Below, piece by piece: positions 26,321 through 37,400 of a stretch of 64,000 nt of DNA. Source of the stretch: Callorhinchus milii. Taxonomy: Eukaryota. The first letter of the stretch is position 1. Every line of letters begins with the position of its first letter. A program made the position numbers and the translations under genes. A model generated the notes under the pieces. The model searched no databases and was not told the DNA's origin. It saw only the letters and a list, made by a program, of their open reading frames with translations. The stretch is from positions 23,002,001-23,066,000 of the forward strand of contig NW_024704745.1 in assembly GCF_018977255.1 (NCBI RefSeq). Direction: 5' to 3'.

Positions 26321-27696
26321 GTTTATTGATCACAATAATATAAAGTCTTTAAAATGACCATAAACACACATTTCTAAATAGCATAGAGAAGTCATGCTAT
26401 AATAATCTTATAATGCTCATTTACATTTAGGAACTAAACCTTCTTTAGACCATGTTTTATTACAAAGATATACTCATTTACGAACTGTAAATTAAGATTG
26501 TCTTACTATAAGATTTGCACAGGATTAGAAAATGCTTTCTGCACACTAAAATATATTAAAAGGGAAATTGCCATTGAAAATATTTTAATATAATTAGTTA
26601 ATTTTACAATTAGAAATATTGAACTTCTAAATGCCCTATAAATAAGTTCAATTTAAATGATGCCTAGCTGAATTCTTTACAAAAACTCTGGAGTTTGAAC
26701 AGAAGTGTACTGGTACACTCCTAATTGCAGAGTGCAAAGTGAATTACAGAATCAATAGAAGGGATTTTTACATTAGTTGTACTGAATGTGTTTAGATTCT
26801 GTAAAGAAAATCAATGGAGCTGCACCATCTATTTAATCTGATTTTAGGACTGCTAGCATTGAATTTGTCGAATTATAGTTCACACACATTTGTTTAGGTT
26901 TACACACTTTTACAGAAATTAATCTGTAAGTACCATAAAATGATATCTATTGAATTCCCAAAAGAAACAAAACATTTAAAAACCCTCCCCAAATACCCAC
27001 TATTTACAAAGTTCAACACAAAGATATTTCTTTCGCAAATCAGAATAAAAGACAGGATGTAAAATAAAGGCATTGTATTTGTAGCTAAGCTACGCCAGAT
27101 ATTAATTAAGATATTTATTTTTTGGACATTGTTTCGGAAACTAGAATGATTATTTACACTTTTTTGTAAAATACCATTTTCCCAGTGATTGAAAAGAAGA
27201 TAAAGTCAGTAATGTCATTGTAGATGTAACAGTCAGGATAAATTGACAGTCACCCCAGCTAAATTGCAGTTTGAAAGACAAGTAGTCTCCTGAGACAACA
27301 CTGAAAAGATGCAAGCGCTGACCACAGCTCAGGTAACAACAACAACAAGATTACATTTGTAAAGCACCATTCACATCGGGAGCACGTTCAATTTAGGTAA
27401 ACTAAATTGGAAAGCTTTCCTCCTTCATTATCATAACAAAAGACACGCTTTCAGATTGTAGGACAAATAAACTTTGCTCATTATTGTGAGAAAAGAAAAT
27501 CAATTAGATATAGTCATCTTTGGAGACGCATCAAGGTGGTATTGCTATAGTTATTTACCTGAAGATGTCAAACCAGATTCAATATTTTTATTCTGATTCT
27601 TACCTGGAAAACTATTAGGTAAAAACTATTCAGTTCACCATTCCATTGACTCCTCTCCATTGAGAAGAAAGAACTTTACATTGTCTCTTATTAGCC

Positions 27697-28212
27697 TGGT
27701 GTCAGTCTGGCTCAGTTGACAGCTCTCTTAGCCCTGAGTCAAAGGGTTGTGCGTTCAAGACATTGTGGCTTTGAGCTCATAATCTCGGCTGATATCCCTC
27801 TGGCTTGCCCCCTCTTTATCTTTAAATCCCACTTAATAAATAGGGTTAATTAATTTAAGAAAAAGATTATTCTCTCCTTTCGAGGCCTATGGTCATCTCC
27901 CCTTCTCCCTTGCTCAGCATCCAGCTCCACCTATGAGCAGCGCTCCAAGGTGCTATCCTGCATGAAAGGCATGATATAAATGTAAGTTGTTGTTGATACT
28001 CTGGTGCAACAGGGAGCATTGTCAGAGGTACCATCCTTCGGAAGAATTGATCAACTGAGGTCCCATCCGCCCTTTCAGGTGGATGTTAAGAATCCCTTGT
28101 TACTATTGAAAAAAGGAAAGGACTTCTAGTCTCCTGGGAACAATCTCCCAGATAAAATTGGTCAGCCACTTCCTAGCTGTTTGTGACCATTACTGTGCAT
28201 AAATTGGCTGTC
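27697..28212 (+). mobile_element. Old DeuSINE interrupted by an L2 tail
   Basis: Head gtgtcagtctggctcagttg...gttcaag. The core resumes at about 27999. Confidence 0.75.
27795..27993 (+). mobile_element. L2 3' fragment nested in a DeuSINE
   Basis: Tail catgaaaggcatgatataaatgtaag plus (TTG)n, with TSD-like TGATA at 27790-27794 and 27994-27998. Confidence 0.7.
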
Positions 28213-28224
28213 ATCACATTATTA

Positions 28225-28580
28225 TTATCACATTAAAACATCCGAAAGTGTTTTACAACTATTCACTGCTGTACTAAGTAAACATCTGCACCATCAAAGT
28301 ACCACAAACGGTTATAAAGTGAATGGTCAATCAATCTGGAGAATTATTGGCCAGGATATCAAAACAGATACCTTGTATTTCTTAATACCAAACTGGAATC
28401 TTTAATGTTCATTTGGGTTAAACATATCATCAAAAATACAACATCTCCGAGGATGCTGTGCTCTCGCAGTACTACATTACAGCACCAGCTGAAACTATGA
28501 GCTCAAATCCTAGTATGAAGCTTGAATCCACAAACTTCTGACCCAAAGGCAACAGTGCTACCAACTGAGCTAAACTAACA
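28225..28580 (-). mobile_element. Old DeuSINE
   Basis: ttggccaggata...atctttaatgttc...cttgaatccacaaacttctgacccaaaggc...ccaactgagc. Confidence 0.65.
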
Positions 28581-28774
28581 TCACTTTTTAATTAAATATA
28601 TTCCAGTATAATACGATGCGTTATCTGCAAACAATTCCTGAAGTAGTTTATAACTGCTCTTCCAAGGCAGCAACAGGCTGCATGATAATTGAAGATTTGC
28701 TTCAGACACCAAGTAGCTACATTGACCTACTGAAGAAAGGCTCCAAAAGGCAGATTTTTTTCTTCAAAAAATCA

Positions 28775-29125
28775 GATTCTAAGTCTCGACTTGGGGCTTG
28801 AACTCACAACTTTCTGATTCAGTGGCGAGAGTGAGTCCAGCAGGTGTCAAACTGAGCCAGGCTGCCAGATCCGCAGGGTCTAGTGTCTAAAAGCACGGCC
28901 ACTGATGAAATGGAAGGAATGAGAGATGTGCAGAGGCCAGAGGTAACTGAGTGAAGTTGGCGGTTGTGGAGTGGGGTGCACACATGCTGGAGAGGTAGGG
29001 AGGTGCCAGGGAATTAAGTGATCGTCACACAAATATGAGGATCTTGAAATCAATCCGCTCAGTACCAGGGAGCCAGGTGGAGCCTGGCAAGGTCAGGGTG
29101 ATGGGGGTACGGAGTTTAGTGTGGA
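28775..29125 (-). mobile_element. SINE head followed by an old L2 fragment
   Basis: ggggcttgaactcacaactttctgattcag...actgagccag, then gaggatcttgaaatcaatcc (RIDFKIL on the minus strand). Confidence 0.6.
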
Positions 29126-29139
29126 TGCCAATTATAGAT

Positions 29140-29700
29140 TGATCACGTGTCATTGATTCTTCTTTGGGTCCGTCCTGAGATAGCTCAAACTTTAAGGAGC
29201 TTCTGCACCCGCAAATAAGGGGCCAGTCAGAGGCAGATTGTAACCTTGGTAAACTCTCATGCTACACATTCCAGGCTTTTGGGAGAAGTGTCGATTGCAA
29301 TACATGTTGGACCAACAAAGAGATGCGTGCTGAAATGTTTCTTAATATTATACAGACAGACTCGGCATAGCTGATGGAGCAGATGGACACCCTATTCAAT
29401 CTGCTCATCACACTGGTATGTAACCATCAACTCTCCTCTATTGTACAGGGACAAGATCTTTCAAAGCACCACAGAGCAATCTGAAAGCTTTTCTGAAGGA
29501 CGCAAGTCCAGCATTCGTGTCACCTGTAGCTGAAGTGTTCCTGTGACCCCTGCATACCATAATGTAGACAATTTCACTGGATAGATCCTCCGAGAGCACC
29601 ACAGCTATGAAACAATTGACCCAGAGTGAACAAAATCCACACTGCTACATTTGGATGATGTCCCTGAACAACACAGAGGAGAGTTGATGGGTACACATCA
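29140..29700 (+). mobile_element. Possible decayed Ty3/Gypsy protease-to-RT linker fragment
   Basis: Across frameshifts it reads RVIDSSLGPS, QIVTLVNSHATHSRLLGEVSIAIHVG and LLHLDDVPEQHRGELMG. Confidence 0.35.
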
Positions 29701-29704
29701 GTGC

Positions 29705-30557
29705 CATGACAGATTGCCTGTCAGACATCAAGTCCTTCCTGGATGAGAGCTAACTTTCTCCAGTTGAACGTCAACAAGACCGAGGCCCTCCTGATTGGCT
29801 CCCATCAGCGCCTCCTCACCTCAGGCGCTGACAGCATCACCATCCAAGGATGCACATTCCACCTCATTGAGCCAGTCCAGAGCCTTGGCATCTTGTTTGA
29901 CCCTCAATTGTCCTTTCTACCCCACATCCATGCCGTTCCCCCACATCCGCAACATCACCCGGCTCTGTCACTGTCTCACTCTCAGGCCGCCGAAACCCTT
30001 TCCATGCATTTATTACATTTAGGCTCGACTACACCAACTATGCTTGTCAGCCTCCCTGACTCTTCCCTCCATGAGCTGCAGATCATCCAGAACTCTGCAG
30101 TTTGTGTCCTCTCCTGCTCCATGACCCCATCACCCTCGCCTGTCTCCACTGATTCCCCATCCCCCAGAGGATAGAGTTCAAAATCTTCATCCTCACCTTC
30201 AAGGCCTTGCTCCTTCCTACATCTGTGATCTGCTTAAGCCATGTTAATCTGTCCGCTCCCTCTGCTCAGCAGGCTCCGGCCTATTCCATGTTCCCCGCCC
30301 GACCCTCCCCACCATCGGCAGCTGGTGCCTTTAGCCTCTCAGCCCCCACAGTCCCTTTGCCTTGCTCCCTCCCTTGCCTCCTTCAAAGCACGTCTCAGTA
30401 CCCTCCTCTTTGACTGCGCCTTTGGCCACCCTCCTATCCCTGCCCTCCACGTCCCTGATCCCAACCCCTTGCTTGGTTACAAATCCCTGACTGTCCAGCA
30501 CATTGGGATGTCCTCCCAATTTAAAAGGCTCTATACAAATGTAATTTGTTGTTGTTG
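29705..30557 (+). mobile_element. L2 LINE (A-related) 3' fragment
   Basis: MRANFLQLNVNKTEALLIGS...SLGILFDPQLSF, followed by the tail and (TTG)n. Confidence 0.9.
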
Positions 30558-30589
30558 CTCTCAAAAGATGGGTATGCCTGTGAGATATA

Positions 30590-30700
30590 TAATAATAATC
30601 CTTTGATTTGACATAGCGCCTTGTCATGTAATTGAGACATCTCAGTGTTTCACAGAATAGACTGTAAAGTGAATTGAGGATTTTTGTGTATATTTTGTGG
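30590..30700 (-). mobile_element. SINE 3' fragment
   Basis: (AAT)n cctttgatttgacatagcgcc...cacagaatagactgtaaagtgaattga. Confidence 0.7.
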
Positions 30701-30996
30701 TATCACTAGATCCTCCATAGGACCTGGCTAAGGATGCCACAATATACAGGAGGGTTTTCTACGTGGAGAATGGAACACTTCAGCTGAAGAGTGAGGCAGA
30801 TGCTTCAATACCTCCTGCCATCCCACAGTGCATTTCTATTTAAAATAAAAACATTTGTGAAGTCCCAATTCACTAACCTAAATGGAAGATGTGAGTACTG
30901 TTTTTCTTCCTCGTCCATTCCCACTTTGTCTCATTTCCTTTCTGTCATCCCCCAAAAAAACTTGTGTGTTATGGTTGGTTCTATAATAATAACAAT

Positions 30997-31360
30997 ATTT
31001 TGTTTTAAAAAACAACTAGATTGTTATTGATGTGGCAAATGATTACAATAGGAGGTAGAGAAGATCAGTAAATTTATCAATGTACAGAGTCAATACATAT
31101 GTATGTGGCAGTATAAAACAAACATAGTTCCTAGAATCATACGTGCAACTGAGACTATTGATAAGATTATTGAGAAATAGCTTGACAAAATACCTGGTGA
31201 ATAAAATATCAACCTCCTGCAAAAAGTAGTTATTTTAGTAAGTTCAAACAGACTAAGAAATGTAACATCTATTCATAAAGAAATGTGGCATTGTTATTGG
31301 TTTGGCTGACCCATCACTGAAAAACACTTTAAACTACCTCTACGGAGTGATTTAAACAGC
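30997..31360 (+). mobile_element. R4/Dong-clade non-LTR retrotransposon 3' relic (restriction-like endonuclease C-terminus)
   Basis: Reads IVIDVA, then a frameshift, then EVEKISKF...MWQYKTNIVPRIIRATETIDKIIEK*LDKIPGE*NINLLQKVVILVSSNRLRNV (31052-31264). It is flanked by TAA-like tracts. Confidence 0.7.
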
Positions 31361-31790
31361 AATAACAACAATAATAATAATCCTTGCATTTGGTATAGCG
31401 CCTTTACATTGGAGGGATGTCCCAAAGCACTTCACAAGATTTACTGTGGCTGTGTAGTTGTAGGCAAATGCGGCACCCAATTGTGTACAACAATGTCCCA
31501 CAAACAGCCATGAAATGAATGACCAATTTTATGTTAGTGATTGTTGGCCAGGACACCAATAGAAACTCCTTTCTCTTTCCAAATAATGCCATGGCATCTT
31601 TAATATCCATCCGAACTCGCTGAAGGGACCTCGGTTTAACGGCTCATCTGAACGCCGACAATGCAAAACACTTCCAGCACAGCATTGGAACGTCAACTTA
31701 GTCTTAGACTATGTGAGTTCAAATCTCGATGTCTTGAACCCACAATCTCCGACTCAGAGGCGAGAGTGAAACCAGCCTGGATGCCAGCAT
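31361..31790 (-). mobile_element. Old DeuSINE, near full length
   Basis: (TTA)n tail, Deu core cctcggtttaacggctcatctgaa and head cttgaacccacaatctccgactcagaggcgagagtg. Confidence 0.85.
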
Positions 31791-32020
31791 TCATCTGTTA
31801 ACCAGCCGAAATTGTCATTCTTTATATGTGAGACCAGGCAGTGATTGTTGTCAAGCTATTTGGCTATGGAGACCTACCAGCCAAGCCTAATTCTTTCCTT
31901 ATCTGACACATACACATATATTTATTTTAGGCATCACTGGATAGCAATAAGGAGATCTAATATCTTCCCTAGCTCAGAAATACTAGTTCCAGTATTAAAA
32001 CTAGTAGCATTGCTGCCCCC
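31790..32020 (-). mobile_element. Ancient AmnSINE2-like relic
   Basis: cattctttatatgtgagacc..gcagtgattgtt..gccaagcctaattc..catcactggatagc, matching the 10085 and 38250 copies in reverse. Confidence 0.5.
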
Positions 32021-32027
32021 AATGAGA

Positions 32028-32219
32028 TAATAATCCCTCCAAAAAAACAAAATAATAATAATTGGTCATTTTCAATCCATGACTGTTTGTGGGACATTGC
32101 TGTGCACAATTGGCTGCCGCGTTCGCCCACAAATATACAGTCAATTCACTTTACAGTATATTCTGTGAAGCGCTTTGGGACGTCCTCCCGACGTGAAAAG
32201 CGCTATATCAAATGCAAGG

Positions 32220-32272
<53 letters not shown>
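32028..32272 (+). mobile_element. Young SINE, 5'-truncated, with about 17 TTA units
   Basis: Matches 39860-40020 and has an intact tail stem-loop at 32169-32204. Confidence 0.9.
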
Positions 32273-33028
32273 CAGCTTATTCAGAACAGGCAAGGCAATG
32301 AACATGGGGCTTTCCTAGATTGCTTGAGTCAGTATTTTATAATATATGCATGGATTTATCAGAAGAGCACATAATGCTTATTTTATAATTAAATTACTAT
32401 GTATGCATGCGTATATGTGTATTTCTGACTCTGATTCAAATTGTCCAAACCATGGATAATCTGAATGCAAAGTTTAAAGACTGAGGCTCCACTGTAGTAG
32501 GATGACCTAGGTTCCAATACACACTTTCACTAAATCATAAAAGAGAATGAGGCAAACCACTGAATTGGGTGCAGTCTTCAGAACAGATCTTCATGAGGGA
32601 CAGAGGGTAATTTTTTTTTAAAATCTTTTGCAACAAGCACTTTAAGGAGTTTTGTTTTAAAGAGGCAGGGATTTCAAAATCTCAACTGATTCAAATTTTG
32701 ATCATCTTGAATAAATCTGAAACCAGTAATTTCATACAAATTGAGACTCAACTATAGAAATTAGTGCCAGTGGCAATGAAAAGGTGGATGCTAATTGATT
32801 GGTATTCAGTGTACTAGGATTAGTGAGCAGATTTCTTACAGATCAAAGGAAGTATGACCTCCAAAATCATACAGCAAATGAATTAATTGATCCAGACATT
32901 TAATTACACTTTTTCCAGATAGGGTTACTTATAGAACTGTACAATAAAATATAGTAAATGTTAAGAGTACGTTGACTGTAGTTTCAAACAGCCTTGAGCT
33001 AAAGATTGTCTTTTGTCTCTTTGGTGTT

Positions 33029-34319
33029 AGCACAGAAACTGCCCTGGTCAAGGTCACCAATGATATCCTGACTATCTGTGACCAGGGCTCCCTCTGTCTC
33101 CTCGTCCTCCTCGACCTATCGGCAGCATTCGATACGGTCGACCACGCTATCCTACTCCACCGCTTGTCCTCCCACCTCAACCTTCAAGGCACTGTCCTTG
33201 AATGGTTTAGGTCGTACCTTTCTCACCGTCTTCACTTTGTCTCAACGAATGGCTTCTCCTCCACCCCCCGTACTGTCTCATGTGGTGTCCCTCAGGGCTC
33301 TGTCCTCGGTCCCCTCCTCTTCACCCTCTATATGCTCCCCCTGTGGTGACATCATCCGCAGACATGGAGTTAACTTCCACATGTATGCGGATGACACCCA
33401 ACTCTACCTTTCCTCCTCTACTCTCAACTCCACGACCACCGATGTCCTGACAGCCTGCCTGTCCGACATCGAGTCCTGGACGAGAGACAACTTTCTTCAG
33501 CTCAACGTGCGAAAAACCGAGGCCCTCCTGATTGGCTCACGTCAGCGCCTCCGCACCTCAGGCGCTGACACCATCAGCATCCAAGGCTGCACTCTCCACC
33601 TCTCAAAGCCAGTCAGGAACCTCGGCGTTTTGTTCGACCCTGAGCTGTCCTTTCTCCCTCACATCCGCACTACAACTGGCACCGCCTTCCATCACCTTCG
33701 GAACATCGCCAGACTACGGCACTACCTCACCCCTCACGCTGCTGAAACCCTGGTCCACGCCTTTGTCACCTCAAGGCTGGACTATGGGAACTCTCTCCTC
33801 GCCGGCCTTCCCACCACCTCCCTCCACAAGCTGCAGGTCATTCAGAACTCTGCAGCTCGTGTACTGTCCCGCACCAGGCTTCGGGACCACATCACTCCCA
33901 CCCTCGCTCGCCTCCACTGGCTCCCCATCCCCCAGAGGATTGATTTCAAGATCCTCATCCTCACCTACAAGGCCATTCACGGCCTTGCTCCCTCCTACCT
34001 CTCCAACCTACTATCCCCCTACCTACCTGCCCGTACCCTCCGTTCCTCTGGCTCTGGTCTGCTCCACGTCCCCCGCCCCAACCGCCCTACCATCGGTGGT
34101 CGGGCCTTCAGCCTCTCAGCCCCCAGGCTCTGGAACTCCATCCCCCAGTGCCTTCGCCTTGCTTCCTCCCTTTCCTCCTTCAAGGCCGGTCTCAAAACCT
34201 TTCTCTTTGACCGTGCCTTCAGCTCCCCTCTCGACTCTCTTCCCCTCCTCGCTCCCTCCCTTCCCTCCCCTCACCCTGACCATTTCCCCCTCCTTGCTCC
34301 TTCCCTTCCCTCACCCTGA
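33029..34319 (+). pseudogene. L2 ORF2 reverse transcriptase and C-terminal domain, 5'-truncated, one frameshift
   Basis: ORFs 32972-33349 and 33078-34319 join through one extra base near 33340. YADD is at 33384-33395. Confidence 0.93.
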
Positions 34320-34378
34320 CCATTTCCCCCCTCCTCGCTCCCTCCCTTCCCTCCCCTCACCCTGACCATTTCCCCCCT
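34240..34378 (+). repeat. Pyrimidine-rich ~40-46 bp tandem repeat in the L2-A 3' UTR
   Basis: Three caccctgaccatttccccc-containing units here, against two in the antisense copy (36044-36140). Confidence 0.85.
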
Positions 34379-34486
34379 GCTCGGGTCATGACCCAACTGT
34401 GCAGCGCCTTGGGACGTCCTCCTGACGTGAAAGGCGCTTTATAAATGGAATCTTGTTGTTGTTGGTGTTGAATTTATAGTTGCAGA

Positions 34487-37400
34487 ACATTGGCAGCAGC
34501 ACAAATGGCAGTGCATATAAAAAAANTTCTTAAAACACCAGCAACAACAACAACGATGGCCTGGCCCCTGGCACTGCCTTCCCATCCATGACCTAGGAGG
34601 CTAAGCCTGAGGGCTGATGCCGTCCCGCTGATCGCTCGCTCCCGGTCTCTGCGTGCGCGTTTTGCCTGCCGTCCCGACCCGAGCTTCCCCCTCCACTCCA
34701 AATGTTTCTCCTCCCACACCTCCTCTCTCCGCTATTCCCCCTCTGTCCTTCTCTCCGACCGTCCTCCCCTCCTTTTCTCTCTCTCCTCGACCCCATCACC
34801 ACTTCCCTCTGCTCCAGCCTGGGCATCCTCCGCCGGGCCCATCGTGGCTCCCGGCACTGGCTGTCCCACAGCAGCAACCCCAAGTGTCCAATCATTCACT
34901 CCCTCCGCTCAAACTGCCTCCTTAAGGCAAACCCAACTTCCCCCTCCCTCATACGTACCCTCCCCAACTCTCCACTCACACCACTCTCCACAACCATCTC
35001 TCCTATACAACCCAAAATCCTCTCCGCACCACTCTCTCCTACCCCCTCCCTCCAGTAAACCCACCCACACTTCCCTCCAAAATGTTCGTTCCCTCTCAAA
35101 TAAAAACCTCACCATCCGCGACGTCATCCTGGACGAGCACCTTGACATTCTTGGGCTCACCGAAACCTGGATCTCCCCCATCTCCGCCGCCAAAAAAACC
35201 CAAATCCGTCTGCTTGAGCGCAGATGGCGGAAAACTGGCCTGACAATTCACCGCCAACTGTGGCTCAAACATCTCCACAGCTACCGTCGTTCTTTGACAC
35301 GCGCAAAAACGGCCTTCTACTCCAACATCATCTTGGAGGCTGAACACAACCCTAAAATCCTTTTTTCCACCAGCCACTTCCTCCTCTGTGCCCACCCTCA
35401 GGCCTCTTAAATCTTCGTAACAAATGCCAAGTGCGAGGAGGTCATGGACTTCTTTTCATCTAAAATACTTAACATCCGCCAGGCAGCCTCATCCACCTGC
35501 CCCTTGTTACCCACCACCACGACCTCTCTGTCCCCCTCACCCTCCCCATCATCTGCTCCTACCACCACACCCATTCTACATTCCTTCCTGCCCATCTCGC
35601 CCTCCTCCCTCTCACCCAACTCCATGAAACCCAGCACCTGCTGTCTCGACCCCGTCCCCACCAACTTACTGGTCACCCAGCTCGCCTCCTCTGCCCACTA
35701 TTGGCTGACGTCATCAACCAGTCCTTTTCCTCTGGATCAGTCCCTGCCTCCCTCAAAGCTGCTGTTATCGCCCCCCTCCTGAAAAAACCCTCCCTAGATC
35801 CCTCAAACCCCAGCCACTACCATCCTATTTCTAATCTGCCCTTCCTCTCAAAAGTTCTAGAATGTGTTATTGCAAACCAACTTCGCGCACACCTCTCCTC
35901 CCACTCCCTCTTCGAACACCTCCAGTCCGGTTTCCGCCCACAGTACAACAACAACAACAACAACAAGATTCCATTTATAAAGCGCCTTTCACGTCAGGAG
36001 GACGTCCCAAGGCGCTGCACAGTTGGGTCATGACCCGAGCAGGGGGGAAATGGTCAGGGTGAGGGGAGGGAAGGGAGGGAGCGAGGAGGGGGGAAATGGT
36101 CAGGGTGAGGGAAGGGAAGGGAGGGAGCGAGGAGGGGGAAGAGAGTCGAGAGGGGAGCTGAAGGCTCGGTCAAAGAGAAAGGTTTTGAGACCGGCCTTGA
36201 AGGAGGAAAGGGAGGAAGCAAGGCGAAGGCACTGGGGGATAGAGTTCCAGAGCCTCGGGGCTGAGAGGCTGAAAGCCCGACCACCGATGGTAGGGCGATT
36301 GGGGCGGGGGACGTGGAGCAGACCGGAGGCAGAGGAACGGAGGGTACGGGCAGGTACATGGGGGGATAGTAGGTTGGAGAGGTAGGAGGGAGCAAGGCCG
36401 TGAATGGCCTTGTAGGTGAGGATGAGCATCTTGAAATCAATCCTCTGGGGGATGGGGAGCCAGTGGAGGCGAGCGAGGGTGGGAGTGATGTGGTCCCGAA
36501 GCTTGGTGCGGGACAGTACACGAGCTGCAGAGTTCTGAATGACCTGCAGCTTGTGGAGGGAGGTGCCGGGAAGGCCGGTGAGGAGAGAGTTCCCATAGTC
36601 CAGCCTTGAGGTGACAAAGGCGTGAACCAGGGTTTCAGCAGTACAGAGACTGCACTTGTGAAAGTCACAAACGGCATCCTCTCTATCTGTGACCAGGGCT
36701 CCCTCTGCCTCCTTGTCTTCCTGGACCTCTCCGCTGCGTTCGACACAGTTGATCACGCCATCCTCCTCCACGCCTTTCCTCCGTCATCCACCTCAGTGGG
36801 ACCGCACTCACCTGGTTCGAGTCCTACCTCACAAACCGCCAGCTGTACATCTGCACAAACGGATTCTCCTCCCTCTCTCACCCGGTTACCTGTGGGGTAC
36901 CCCAAGGATCTTTCTGATCTACATGCTCCCTCTTGGGGATGTCATCACAGACATGGGGTACATTTCCACGTGTATGCAGACGACACTCAACTCTATTTTT
37001 CCACCTCTCTTTGAGACCCCCAGTCCCCTGATGTTCTGTCAGCCTGCCTGTCAGACCTCAGGGGCTGGATGAGCGCAAATTTCCTTCAGCTAAATGTTGA
37101 CAAGACGGAAGCCATACTCTTTGGCTCTCATCAACGTCTAAAATCTCACGGCTTTCACCTCCTCCACCTACCTGACCTCCCCTTAAAACTCTCCGAACCC
37201 GTACCCAACCTAGACGTCAGGTTCGAACCCCAATTATCCTTCCTCCCCCACATCCAGTCCCTCACCAGCACCGCATTCGTCCACCTCTGACGCATCGCCC
37301 GTCTCAGCCTATACCTCTCCCCAGAAGCCGCTGAAACCCTGGTCCATGCCTTTGTCACCTCTTGGCTGGACTACTCGAATGCCCTCCTCGCCGGTCTTCC

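Larger units (their letters stand above)
33029..34461 (+). mobile_element. Young L2 LINE family A, 5'-truncated, TSD TTGGTGTT
   Basis: TSD at 33021-33028 and 34462-34469. Encodes RT motifs [22 protein letters not shown] and YADD, has retained CpGs and ends in (TTG)n. Confidence 0.96.

Noticed and set aside
32087-32374. ORFs with poly-Tyr (also 16252-16485)
   Set aside because: They are translations of the SINE body and its (TTA)n tail.
34240-34378. CRISPR-like repeat array (also 39634-39729 and 48656-48742)
   Set aside because: These are head-to-tail tandem units without unique spacers, there are no cas genes, and the context is eukaryotic.
33532-35782. Numerous Pro/Ser-rich and Gly/Arg/Glu-rich ORFs
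   Set aside because: These are alternative-frame or antisense readings of C-rich L2 sequence.
33029-36660. L2-A 5' truncation and the nested insertion site in L2-B both fall at the STETALVKV codons
   Set aside because: Each event has its own TSD, so they are independent insertions. With only two cases, coincidence is sufficient.
36100-36771. 223-aa ORF as a novel fusion protein
   Set aside because: It is an accidental read-through from antisense L2-B into the nested L2-A fragment across the insertion junction.
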